Positions 40,979 to 51,507 of a stretch of DNA of 64,000 nucleotides are shown here, piece after piece. How positions within the stretch are numbered: position 1 is the stretch's first letter; the number at the start of each line of letters is the position of its first letter. The notes under the pieces are model-generated. The model ran no database searches. It saw nothing but the letters and a program-made list of their open reading frames with translations, and was not told the DNA's origin. Source of the stretch: a virus. A program made the position numbers and the translations under genes. Location of the stretch: IMG/VR virus record IMGVR_UViG_3300026097_000020, positions 3,520 to 67,519 of that record. One strand, 5' to 3'.

Positions 40979-41269
40979 TTGCGTAGTCGTAAAAAAGTAC
41001 CCGCCAAAGAAAGCCCCTTTACCATGGAGCCTTATATGGAGGCAGATGGTTTCGCCATCAATGCTGGAGATCTAATAAAGATTAAGGGTGAGTACGGTAC
41101 CAAGTTTATGTTTAGGGGAGTTACCACAAACCCTGCTAATGGTGCAACCTGGGTAGACTGCTTTCAAATGTTTAGGGGTAAGCCTCAACAGTTTCGTGCC
41201 TTCAAGCGGGACAGGGTAAAAAGAATTCCTCAGAAGGGTAAGAGGGCTAAGCGTGTCAACAAATCCTGA
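40979..41269 (+). CDS. hypothetical SH3-like protein
   Basis: GDLIKIKGE...WVDC...FRAF; AAGGAG RBS. Confidence 0.6.
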   Translation: MRSRKKVPAKESPFTMEPYMEADGFAINAGDLIKIKGEYGTKFMFRGVTTNPANGATWVDCFQMFRGKPQQFRAFKRDRVKRIPQKGKRAKRVNKS

Positions 41270-41792
41270 AACTGAGCTTGTTCAGCATCTAGATAAAGTA
41301 AACAAGGTTGTTGGAGAATATCTTAAGGGAAGTGATCCCACCAAGATATCTAAAGAGCTAAGCATTCCACGCAAACAGGTCGTCGAATACTTAACTGAGT
41401 GGAAACAGATGGCATCAGCGAATGATGCAATTCGATCTAGAGCTAGAGAAGCACTGACCGCTGCTGACGAACATTACAGTAGATTAATCTCTAAATCTTA
41501 TGAGGTTATTGATGATGCAGATACTAATGGAGATCTTAGATCTAAGTCTGGTGCTATCAAGCTGGTAATGGACATCGAGTCCAAACGTATTGAGATGCTT
41601 CAAAAAGCTGGTTTGCTAGAGAATAAAGAGCTGGCCGAAGAAATGATGGAGATTGAACGCAAGCAGGATATCTTAAAGCAAATTCTTATGGATATTGCTA
41701 GTGAGCATCCAGAAATTAGAGACAAAATTATGGCTAGACTTTCTGAAGTAGCCAAGGATGGTGAAACCATTACGGTGGTCCACGATGTTTGA
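41253..41792 (+). CDS. terminase small subunit
   Basis: N-terminal HTH plus coiled coil, directly upstream of the large subunit. Confidence 0.7.
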   Translation: MSTNPETELVQHLDKVNKVVGEYLKGSDPTKISKELSIPRKQVVEYLTEWKQMASANDAIRSRAREALTAADEHYSRLISKSYEVIDDADTNGDLRSKSGAIKLVMDIESKRIEMLQKAGLLENKELAEEMMEIERKQDILKQILMDIASEHPEIRDKIMARLSEVAKDGETITVVHDV

Positions 41793-43566
41793 TGAGTTTC
41801 TTGAGGTACTGCAAGACAGTCCGTTTGAAGAAACTCCTGTAGATGTTAAGACATTCGTTCAGGGAGAAGATTTTCTTAATCAGCCACCACTATCGGATAT
41901 TCAGTATGACATTGTTCGGGCTATGAGTCAAATCTACAAAAAGGAAGATTTGATTCAACTAGAAGGTTTTGAAGAAGGATCTCAGTATTATAAAAAATAT
42001 ACTAAAAATGAAATCATTCTACAGCTTGGCAAGGGTAGCGGTAAAGATTACGTTTCCACAGTAGCTGTAGCTTTTATTGTCTATAAGCTACTCTGCTTAA
42101 AAGATCCAGCAAGATATTATGGTAAACCATCTGGTGACGCCATTGACATTATCAACGTAGCTATCAACGCCCAGCAGGCTAAAAACGTTTTCTTTAAGGG
42201 ATTAAAGACTAAGATTGAAAAGTCCCCCTGGTTTGCTGGCAGATACTATGCCAAAATGGACTCGATTGAATTTGATAAATCTATCACTGTTTATTCTGGT
42301 CACTCAGAACGTGAATCTCATGAGGGTCTCAACCTTTTAGTTGCCGTTCTAGATGAGATTTCTGGTTTTGCTAATGAGGTGGGTACTGGAAATGAGCAAG
42401 GTAAAACAGCAGACAATATTTACAAAGCATTCCGTGGTACCGTAGACTCTCGATTTCCCGATCTTGGCAAGGTAGCTCTACTGTCCTTCCCAAGGTATCC
42501 TGGTGATTTTATTTCAAGCAAATACGAAGATTGTATTTTGGAAAAAGAAGTGATCACCAGAGATCATACTTATATAATGAATCCAGATCTGGCAGAGGAC
42601 TCTCCGGGTAACTCATTAGACATTAGTTGGGATGAAGATCATATCATTTCTTACAAATATCCCAACACCTTTGCTCTCAAGAGACCCACCTGGGAAGTCA
42701 ATCCTACACGTTCTATTGATGATTTTAAATTAGCTTTCTTTACAGACATGGGTGATGCGATGATGAGGTTTGCCTGTGTTCCCACCTATGCTTCAGATGC
42801 ATTCTTTAAGCAGCATGAAAAAGTGAGAGATGCAATGACCATGCGTAATCCCCTAGATAACTTTAGAAGATTTGACGAGAGCTTTAAGCCAGACTCAGAA
42901 ACAAAATATTTTGTTCATGCTGACTTGGCTCAGCAGCACGACAAATGTGCTGTAGCAATAGCTCACGTTGACAAGTGGGTGGAGATGCAGGTTCTTAAAG
43001 ACTACAACCAGGTAGTTCCTATTGTGGTGGTGGATGCGGTGGCATACTGGGAGCCAAAGGTAGAGGGGCCAGTAAATCTATCAGAAGTAAAGCAATGGAT
43101 TCAAAACCTAAGAAGGCTGGGCTTTGATCTAGGCATGGTCAGCTTTGACCGCTGGCAGTCATTTGATATTCAAAATGAATTAAAGTCTGTTGGAATTAGA
43201 ACAGAAACAGTTTCTGTAGCCAAAAAGCATTACGAGGATATGGCTATGCTTATTTATGAAGACAGGCTAGTCATGCCTTCGATCGAGTTACTGTTTGACG
43301 AGCTTACACAGCTTAAAATTATGAAAAATAATAGGGTAGACCACCCTCGTAAGAAGTCTAAAGACTTGGCAGATGCTGTGTGCGGTGCTGTGTTCGGTGC
43401 CATCTCTTACACACCTCGTGATAATTTTGGCGAGGTAGAGATTCATACCTTTAGGGACAGACCAAAGCGTGACCTTGCAGACCTACCCGATAATGTGATA
43501 AACTATAAGCCCAAAGAGATGACGGACGACGTGCGAGATTATCTTGATCAATTTAAGATGATCTAA
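41785..43566 (+). CDS. terL: terminase large subunit
   Basis: Walker A GKGSGKD, Walker B VLDE, nuclease HADLA, DHP...KDLADA. Confidence 0.92.
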   Translation: MFDEFLEVLQDSPFEETPVDVKTFVQGEDFLNQPPLSDIQYDIVRAMSQIYKKEDLIQLEGFEEGSQYYKKYTKNEIILQLGKGSGKDYVSTVAVAFIVYKLLCLKDPARYYGKPSGDAIDIINVAINAQQAKNVFFKGLKTKIEKSPWFAGRYYAKMDSIEFDKSITVYSGHSERESHEGLNLLVAVLDEISGFANEVGTGNEQGKTADNIYKAFRGTVDSRFPDLGKVALLSFPRYPGDFISSKYEDCILEKEVITRDHTYIMNPDLAEDSPGNSLDISWDEDHIISYKYPNTFALKRPTWEVNPTRSIDDFKLAFFTDMGDAMMRFACVPTYASDAFFKQHEKVRDAMTMRNPLDNFRRFDESFKPDSETKYFVHADLAQQHDKCAVAIAHVDKWVEMQVLKDYNQVVPIVVVDAVAYWEPKVEGPVNLSEVKQWIQNLRRLGFDLGMVSFDRWQSFDIQNELKSVGIRTETVSVAKKHYEDMAMLIYEDRLVMPSIELLFDELTQLKIMKNNRVDHPRKKSKDLADAVCGAVFGAISYTPRDNFGEVEIHTFRDRPKRDLADLPDNVINYKPKEMTDDVRDYLDQFKMI

Positions 43567-43622
43567 ATGTTGGGTTTATTCCAAGGTTTTGCCACTAGAT
43601 TTTGTGTAAAGGGAGAGTATAA

Positions 43623-44022
43623 TTGTTGTTACCCATTGACATTGTCTACTTTTCTAACTACTCAGGCAACACTAAAAAATTCGTAGAAAGATTAGAAGCA
43701 AATGAAGCTATTAGGATTCCTATTGATCGGGGTAGTAGTACTATTACCGTTGATCAGCCTTTTGTCCTTTTGGTGCCTACTTACGGCGGTGGCGAAGGAA
43801 GAGCAGCAATCCCCAGACAAGTACGATCTTTTTTAAACGTAAAAGAAAATCGTAATTTACTTAGGGGGGTTGTGGGTTTTGGTAATACAAACTTTGGTGA
43901 GCATTATTGCAAGGCCGCAGATTTAATTAGTGCAAAGACAGGTGTGCCAGTCATTGCCAGGGTAGAGGTATTTGGCACACAAGATGACGTAAACAAAATA
44001 AAAGAAAGGTTACAGCTGCTTT

Positions 44023-44039
<17 letters not shown>
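43623..44039 (+). CDS. nrdI: class Ib RNR flavodoxin NrdI
   Basis: [26 protein letters not shown]. Confidence 0.95.
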
Positions 44040-47201
<3,162 letters not shown>

Positions 47202-47205
<4 letters not shown>

Positions 47206-47378
47206 TTATGGATGAAGAGAGGTTCGGCAAGTGGCTTCGCCAGGGCATTGAAGAGGGTTGGGTAACAGAACCTTTTTGCAACACTCATGATATCGATCCT
47301 GGTATGGGTGAAGACGAACAGCAAGAGTGGGAAGATGGGGGAGATCCCTGTCAGCACGTAGTTAGAATAATGGTTTAA
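47202..47378 (+). CDS. hypothetical protein (58 aa)
   Basis: WLRQGIEEGW..PFCNTHD...WEDGGDPCQHVVR, probable metal-binding small protein. Confidence 0.65.
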
Positions 47379-47384
47379 ATTTAA

Positions 47385-47420
47385 TGGAATGTAGCTCAGT
47401 TGGCAGAGCAGAGTGTGTTA
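47385..47420 (+). pseudogene. 5' half of a tRNA-Asn-like gene, truncated at the anticodon
   Basis: TGGAATG-TA-GCTC-AGTTGGCA-GAGC-A-GAGTG-T-GTT-A: acceptor 5' strand, full D arm, anticodon 5' strand and GTT; no matching 3' half found. Confidence 0.8.
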
Positions 47421-47430
47421 TAATTAATAC

Positions 47431-47865
47431 ATGAAGTCTGAAAACATGGCAGAATACATGAAAGCCAGAAGGTTAAAGAGAAGGCAAGAGCTTCTTGTTT
47501 TGGCGGGTAGCAAGTGTAATATATGCAAAGCCACAGATAACCTAGAGTTTAATCACATAGATAGATCAACAAAGCTAATAACCTTAAGCGGTAAAGGCTT
47601 AGATGGCAAATGGGATAAAATTCTTGAGGAGCTTGACAAGTGCGAGCTTTTGTGCAATAATTGTCACTTAGAAAAAACCAAAGAGCAGTATAAAAATAAA
47701 GAAATAAGACCTTGGAATGACAAAAAACATTTGCCATACTTGCACGGCACAACAAGGTCTTATGAAGAAATAGCTTGTAGGTGTAAAGATTGTAGATATG
47801 CTAAAAAATTATATAGAGACAAAGTTGTTGGCTATTCAGAAATAGTTAATAATAGTGGAGCGTAA
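47431..47865 (+). CDS. HNH endonuclease (probable homing endonuclease)
   Basis: CNIC...LEFNH...CELLCNNCH plus C-terminal HGT..SY...CRC.DC zinc module; TGTTATAAT at 47416-47424, 6 nt before ATG. Confidence 0.85.
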   Translation: MKSENMAEYMKARRLKRRQELLVLAGSKCNICKATDNLEFNHIDRSTKLITLSGKGLDGKWDKILEELDKCELLCNNCHLEKTKEQYKNKEIRPWNDKKHLPYLHGTTRSYEEIACRCKDCRYAKKLYRDKVVGYSEIVNNSGA

Positions 47866-47927
47866 CTCAGCGGTAGAGTGGGATGCTGTTAACATCTTGG
47901 TCGCAAGTTCGAATCTTGCCGCTCCAG
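47856..47927 (+). tRNA. tRNA-Asn(GTT)
   Basis: Cloverleaf TGGAGCG/CGCTCCA, anticodon loop CT-GTT-AA, TTCGAAT T loop. Confidence 0.93.
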
Positions 47928-47928
47928 C

Positions 47929-47999
47929 GGGGATATAGTTTAATGGTAAAACGAGAGTCTTCCAAACTTTCGATGGGAGTTCGATTCTCCCTATCCCCT
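47929..47999 (+). tRNA. tRNA-Gly(TCC)
   Basis: GGGGATA/TATCCCC acceptor, loop CT-TCC-AA, discriminator T. Confidence 0.93.
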
Positions 48000-48001
48000 C
48001 T

Positions 48002-48138
48002 CGGATTAGCATTCTGAACAAATGCTATGAAGATTGTGTATCCGAAAGATTGTTCCAGCGGTAGAGAGAAGATGTTCAGATCGATGAACTCTATGACTAT
48101 GCGAGAACTAGGATATACAGCTAGTGGTAGGTAATCCG
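48002..48138 (+). ncRNA. putative structured ncRNA with loop-loop pseudoknot, family unknown
   Basis: Closing stem CGGATTA/TAATCCG, several internal stems and an 8-bp TCTGAACA/TGTTCAGA loop-loop pairing; fills the gap between two tRNAs. Confidence 0.6.
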
Positions 48139-48168
48139 TAATCAAACGGCGATACACGACTGGCACAA

Positions 48169-48241
48169 GGCCCGTTAGCTTAGCGGTTAAAGCACCTGCC
48201 TGTCGAGCAGGGGATCGTCGGTTCAAATCCGATACGGGTCG
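48169..48241 (+). tRNA. tRNA-Asp(GTC)
   Basis: GGCCCGT/ACGGGTC acceptor, loop CT-GTC-GA, discriminator G. Confidence 0.93.
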
Positions 48242-48273
48242 CAAATTATTAAAAAATGTGATAGACTATACTT

Positions 48274-48336
48274 ATGAGGGCAAACATGAAAAACACCAAT
48301 GCACGCTTTAGCCTTTTCTTTTATTGGCGATATTAA
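48274..48336 (+). CDS. putative leaderless 20-aa peptide MRANMKNTNARFSLFFYWRY
   Basis: TGATAGACT extended -10 at 48259-48267, 6 nt before ATG, the same geometry as other leaderless genes here. Confidence 0.4.
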   Translation: MRANMKNTNARFSLFFYWRY

Positions 48337-48378
48337 TATCGTAGAGCATTCGCTCATTTAAACAATAAAATTAAACAT

Positions 48379-48452
48379 GTAGCATTGGTGTAATGGTAGC
48401 ACAAGAGCTTCCAAACCTCTTGGTGTGGGTTCGATTCCTACATGCCGCGCCA
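48379..48452 (+). tRNA. tRNA-Trp(CCA)
   Basis: Cloverleaf with loop TT-CCA-AA, G73 and encoded CCA; mismatches at 3:70 (A-C) and 31:39 (C-C). Confidence 0.8.
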
Positions 48453-48453
48453 C

Positions 48454-48530
48454 CCCACGGCTGCTGGGACAGAGACGGGACTGTAAATCCTGTGCCGTTG
48501 GCTAGCGAGGTTCGATTCCTCGACGTGGGA
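48454..48530 (+). tRNA. tRNA-Tyr(GTA), atypical
   Basis: Loop CT-GTA-AA, variable arm GCC-GTT-GGC, canonical T arm, A73; C1-G72 pair and an unusual D arm. Confidence 0.8.
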
Positions 48531-48534
48531 CAAC

Positions 48535-48563
48535 TTGACTGACAGACATTGATCGGCTATACT
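48535..48563 (+). promoter_or_regulatory. sigma70-type promoter for tRNA-Thr
   Basis: TTGACT-17 nt-TATACT. Confidence 0.75.
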
Positions 48564-48571
48564 TGTCTAGT

Positions 48572-48645
48572 GCCTCCTTAGCTCAGTTGGCCAGAGCACC
48601 GCTCTTGTAAAGCGGGGGTCGTCAGTTCGAATCTGACAGGGGGCC
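48572..48645 (+). tRNA. tRNA-Thr(TGT)
   Basis: GCCTCCT/AGGGGGC acceptor, loop CT-TGT-AA. Confidence 0.93.
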
Positions 48646-48660
48646 CGAAGAAAGGAAGGC

Positions 48661-48903
48661 ATGGAAATAAATTTATTTAATTACTACGGACTTGATTGGC
48701 TATCTATGCTTCTTGGCTTTTTGGGTATGTGGCTACTTGGCAAGCGGCATAAGGTAGGGTTTATCTTTACAGGCCTAGGTATGATTTCTGCTCTTATCGT
48801 TGCCCTATTGGCAAGTCAGTATGGGTTCATGGTGGCCAACTTTATTATGATTATTCTTTCAGCAAGAAACTATATACTGTGGAAGGTTGAAGAAAACATA
48901 TAA
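48661..48903 (+). CDS. small 3-TM membrane protein (PnuC/SemiSWEET-like half transporter)
   Basis: Three hydrophobic helices, DW...G.WL.G....GF...YG......N....W pattern; AAGGA RBS. Confidence 0.6.
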   Translation: MEINLFNYYGLDWLSMLLGFLGMWLLGKRHKVGFIFTGLGMISALIVALLASQYGFMVANFIMIILSARNYILWKVEENI

Positions 48904-48978
48904 GCCTCTGTAGCTCAGCGGAAGAGCAAAAGGTTTCTACCCTTTGTGTCGCAGGTTCGATTCCTGTCAGAGGCTCCA
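48904..48978 (+). tRNA. tRNA-Arg(TCT)
   Basis: GCCTCTG/CAGAGGC acceptor, loop TT-TCT-AC, A20, encoded CCA. Confidence 0.93.
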
Positions 48979-48979
48979 C

Positions 48980-49008
48980 TTGACAACTTTTATTGTAAAG
49001 GGTAAACT
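48980..49008 (+). promoter_or_regulatory. sigma70-type promoter for tRNA-Ile
   Basis: TTGACA-17 nt-TAAACT. Confidence 0.75.
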
Positions 49009-49045
49009 GTTTATGTACCAATTAATATTTAACTAGTGGGGACTG

Positions 49046-49118
49046 CCCCCATTAGCTCATTGGTTAGAGCAGCACTCTTATAAAGTGTTGGCAACGGGTT
49101 CAATTCCCGTATGGGGGA
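49046..49118 (+). tRNA. tRNA-Ile(TAT)
   Basis: CCCCCAT/ATGGGGG acceptor, loop CT-TAT-AA, A73. Confidence 0.88.
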
Positions 49119-49131
49119 CAAAAGGAGAAAA

Positions 49132-49629
49132 ATGAAAACAGCATGTCTAATTGATCTTGCAAACAAAAATATCACAATTGAGGGTGAACACGAAGCAAAA
49201 CGTTTAATTATTGATTTTATTGTTGTTGGTGAAGAGGGCGAGAAGTATGATTTTAAACAAGTTAATTTTGGATATCAGCTTCAAAAAAACAATGACGAAA
49301 TTGTAGAAGAATCTTGGCCAATTCCCGGTATCAAGTTTGGAAAACTTGCTCCAGGTATTATAACTAGTGCAGATATCAAGCTAGAGGTTGATACAGATTA
49401 TAAGCTGCTTGTGTGGTATACCCGTGATATTTATCGTCATAGTGATATTAAAATATTTAACAGCGGTCGGCCCTATAAGGCTTATGACTCTATGATTTGG
49501 AACGAAGAAGCTGAAGAATGGGACATGCTTAAGCCATACCCCGAGGGTTCCACAGAGCCAATGATTTGGAATGAAGACAAGCTAGAGTGGGAAGTTTTTA
49601 ATTTTGGAGAGGATAGCAATGAAGATTGA
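49132..49629 (+). CDS. hypothetical protein with duplicated C-terminal MIWNE...EW motif
   Basis: AAGGAG RBS supports ATG 49132; the ORF-track start 49111 lies inside tRNA-Ile. Confidence 0.65.
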   Translation: MKTACLIDLANKNITIEGEHEAKRLIIDFIVVGEEGEKYDFKQVNFGYQLQKNNDEIVEESWPIPGIKFGKLAPGIITSADIKLEVDTDYKLLVWYTRDIYRHSDIKIFNSGRPYKAYDSMIWNEEAEEWDMLKPYPEGSTEPMIWNEDKLEWEVFNFGEDSNED

Positions 49630-50314
49630 TGTATTAGACAAGGGTTATGTTAGATTAGTCGATTGGATGGGCGAAGATCTGTCCGTAGTAAATGCAGCAA
49701 GGGTATCTTATGATAAAGAAATATCGGTAATGTCAGATCGTGACATTAAACTACTTAATTTCTTAATTAGGGAGAAGCATACCTCTCCTTTTAGACATGC
49801 AGCTATGACCTTTGAAGTTTATGCCCCGCTTGTTGTGGCACGGCAATGGTGGAAGTATGCGGTCTCATCTACACATGTTGATGACCAGAATGGATGGAAT
49901 GAATCTTCTCGTAGATATATTACAGAAGATGAGGAGTTTTACATTCCTACCGCCACACAGTGGCGTAGCAAGCCAGAGAACAGCAAGCAGGGCAGTGGCG
50001 AACCAATCAATGCAGAGGACGGACAAGAATACACAGACTATTTAATCAGTCATATTCAAAATGGTGAGAAGCTGTATCAGAAGGCTATGTCCGAGGGCAT
50101 TGCTCCAGAGCTTGCTAGACTATTCCTGCCAGCATATTCAATGTATGTTCGTTGGCGTTGGACTACCTCTTTGCAGGGGGTGATGACATTCTTAGAACAA
50201 CGTCTACCACATGACGCACAATCAGAGATTAGAGAATATGCTGACGCTGTTCTTAATCTATCTAAGGATATTTTCCCAGCAACATTTAATAGTTATCTTA
50301 ATCTAGATAGCTAA
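49619..50314 (+). CDS. thyX: FAD-dependent thymidylate synthase
   Basis: GYVRLVD, NAARVSY, HTSPF, NESSRRY, ELARLFLP, AQSEIR. Confidence 0.92.
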   Translation: MKIDVLDKGYVRLVDWMGEDLSVVNAARVSYDKEISVMSDRDIKLLNFLIREKHTSPFRHAAMTFEVYAPLVVARQWWKYAVSSTHVDDQNGWNESSRRYITEDEEFYIPTATQWRSKPENSKQGSGEPINAEDGQEYTDYLISHIQNGEKLYQKAMSEGIAPELARLFLPAYSMYVRWRWTTSLQGVMTFLEQRLPHDAQSEIREYADAVLNLSKDIFPATFNSYLNLDS

Positions 50315-50349
50315 ACACATGTATAATAGATAAATATTAAGGAGAGATT

Positions 50350-50469
50350 ATGTTTTATTTTTGGCACGGACTAGCTATTGTGCTGTTGTCTGTATCATCA
50401 TTCGGAATTGGGTACACCCTCGCAAAAGACGGGGTAAAGAATATTTTAACTAAAAAGGAGAACCAATGA
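50350..50469 (+). CDS. small single-TM peptide (39 aa)
   Basis: AAGGAG RBS; MFYFWHGLAIVLLSVSSFGIGYTLAK...; ATGA overlap with nrdH. Confidence 0.55.
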   Translation: MFYFWHGLAIVLLSVSSFGIGYTLAKDGVKNILTKKENQ

Positions 50470-50690
50470 CTACTGTTTATACCAAAGACAACTGTGTCCA
50501 ATGTGAAATGACTAAAAGACTTATGGATAAGATCGGGGTAGAGTATGAAACAATTAATATTTCTGAAAACCCCGCAGAATTAGACAAGCTTATTGAAATG
50601 GGATATCGTGCAGCTCCAGTAGTTGTTGCCTCAGACGGTACTTCCTTCGCTGGCTTCCAGCCTGAAAAGATTACAGCTTTAGCTGCTTAG
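50466..50690 (+). CDS. nrdH: glutaredoxin-like NrdH
   Basis: VYTKDNCVQC, GYRAAPVV, FAGFQPEKI. Confidence 0.92.
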   Translation: MTTVYTKDNCVQCEMTKRLMDKIGVEYETINISENPAELDKLIEMGYRAAPVVVASDGTSFAGFQPEKITALAA

Positions 50691-51140
50691 ATCTGCTTCG
50701 TAGTTTCCCGCAATGTGAAAGTTGTCTGCGGCAACTAGAGTAAAAGGAACCTTGTCTGTAAAAGGAACCTGTCTGCCGTTAGAGGCGGTGCTGAGCAGAG
50801 TAACTATATCTGACCCAGCATTTACGTGACCAAGAAGTGCGTACTCGTCTCCTGTAGAAATATCATGTACACAGCCATCAGAAAATAGGTAGTTTGATTT
50901 TGCGGGGTAGGGAAGCTTTACATAATACTGACCAGTACCAAATGTTAATATATTGTCAAAGTCTATATCAATAGCAAAATGAATAAAGCTGTCAAACTTT
51001 TTCCATCTACCGGAAAATAAAGGATCTCCATCGAACGTAGGCTGAACAGCACCAGCACCAGTAGTTCCACCTTCGATTATCCAGGTGCTAGCCTCACTGC
51101 TTCCAGAAGATCCAATTGCTGGATGTGTAAACCTAGCCAT
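50679..51140 (-). CDS. beta-rich protein resembling a fibre/receptor-binding head domain
   Basis: GRW......V/I.F.I......GTGQYYVKLP.P pattern. Confidence 0.5.
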   Translation of the reverse strand: MARFTHPAIGSSGSSEASTWIIEGGTTGAGAVQPTFDGDPLFSGRWKKFDSFIHFAIDIDFDNILTFGTGQYYVKLPYPAKSNYLFSDGCVHDISTGDEYALLGHVNAGSDIVTLLSTASNGRQVPFTDKVPFTLVAADNFHIAGNYEADLSS

Positions 51141-51418
51141 TAATCTTGAGACTCCAAGTTAATATGAATAATTGCTGCTTTGCTGTCTGCATTATCTGCA
51201 ATAAGGTACAGGGAATCTCTTGGCGGTAGCTCAAAAGAAATAGCGTGATTCGGCATAATCTTGTACCCATAATTAGTAGTAGAAACACCTTCTCCGCCTA
51301 CGTAAATATTGCCAGAGGTTTCTACATTCTGAATGGTAATATCCATACCAGAGTGATTTCCATTGGGGGTAATTCTTTTTGCAACTGCCCCGATCAGCTC
51401 AATTCTGTGTGCTGTCAT
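51140..51418 (-). CDS. hypothetical beta-sandwich protein
   Basis: ITIQN...IYVGG..V...YG; minus-strand TGATAAAAT at 51425-51433, 6 nt before ATG. Confidence 0.6.
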   Translation of the reverse strand: MTAHRIELIGAVAKRITPNGNHSGMDITIQNVETSGNIYVGGEGVSTTNYGYKIMPNHAISFELPPRDSLYLIADNADSKAAIIHINLESQD

Positions 51419-51507
51419 AATACTATTTTATCACACATGCTATAATAATATGATGAACTATTTACGATGGTTTATACAAGAGTTTAAAAGAGCATTTAGG
51501 AGGCATC

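Noticed and set aside
48000-48070. Theta/HDV-like ribozyme after tRNA-Gly
   Set aside because: Position fits, but the pairings found give a 5'-3' closed multistem, not the HDV nested double pseudoknot; kept as an unknown RNA
47836-48244. Minus-strand ORFs of 61 and 125 aa
   Set aside because: Antisense to tRNA genes; typical tRNA shadow translations
48379-48452. Second tRNA-Gly(TCC) reading of this gene
   Set aside because: Stem register centres CCA in the 7-nt loop and G73 fits Trp
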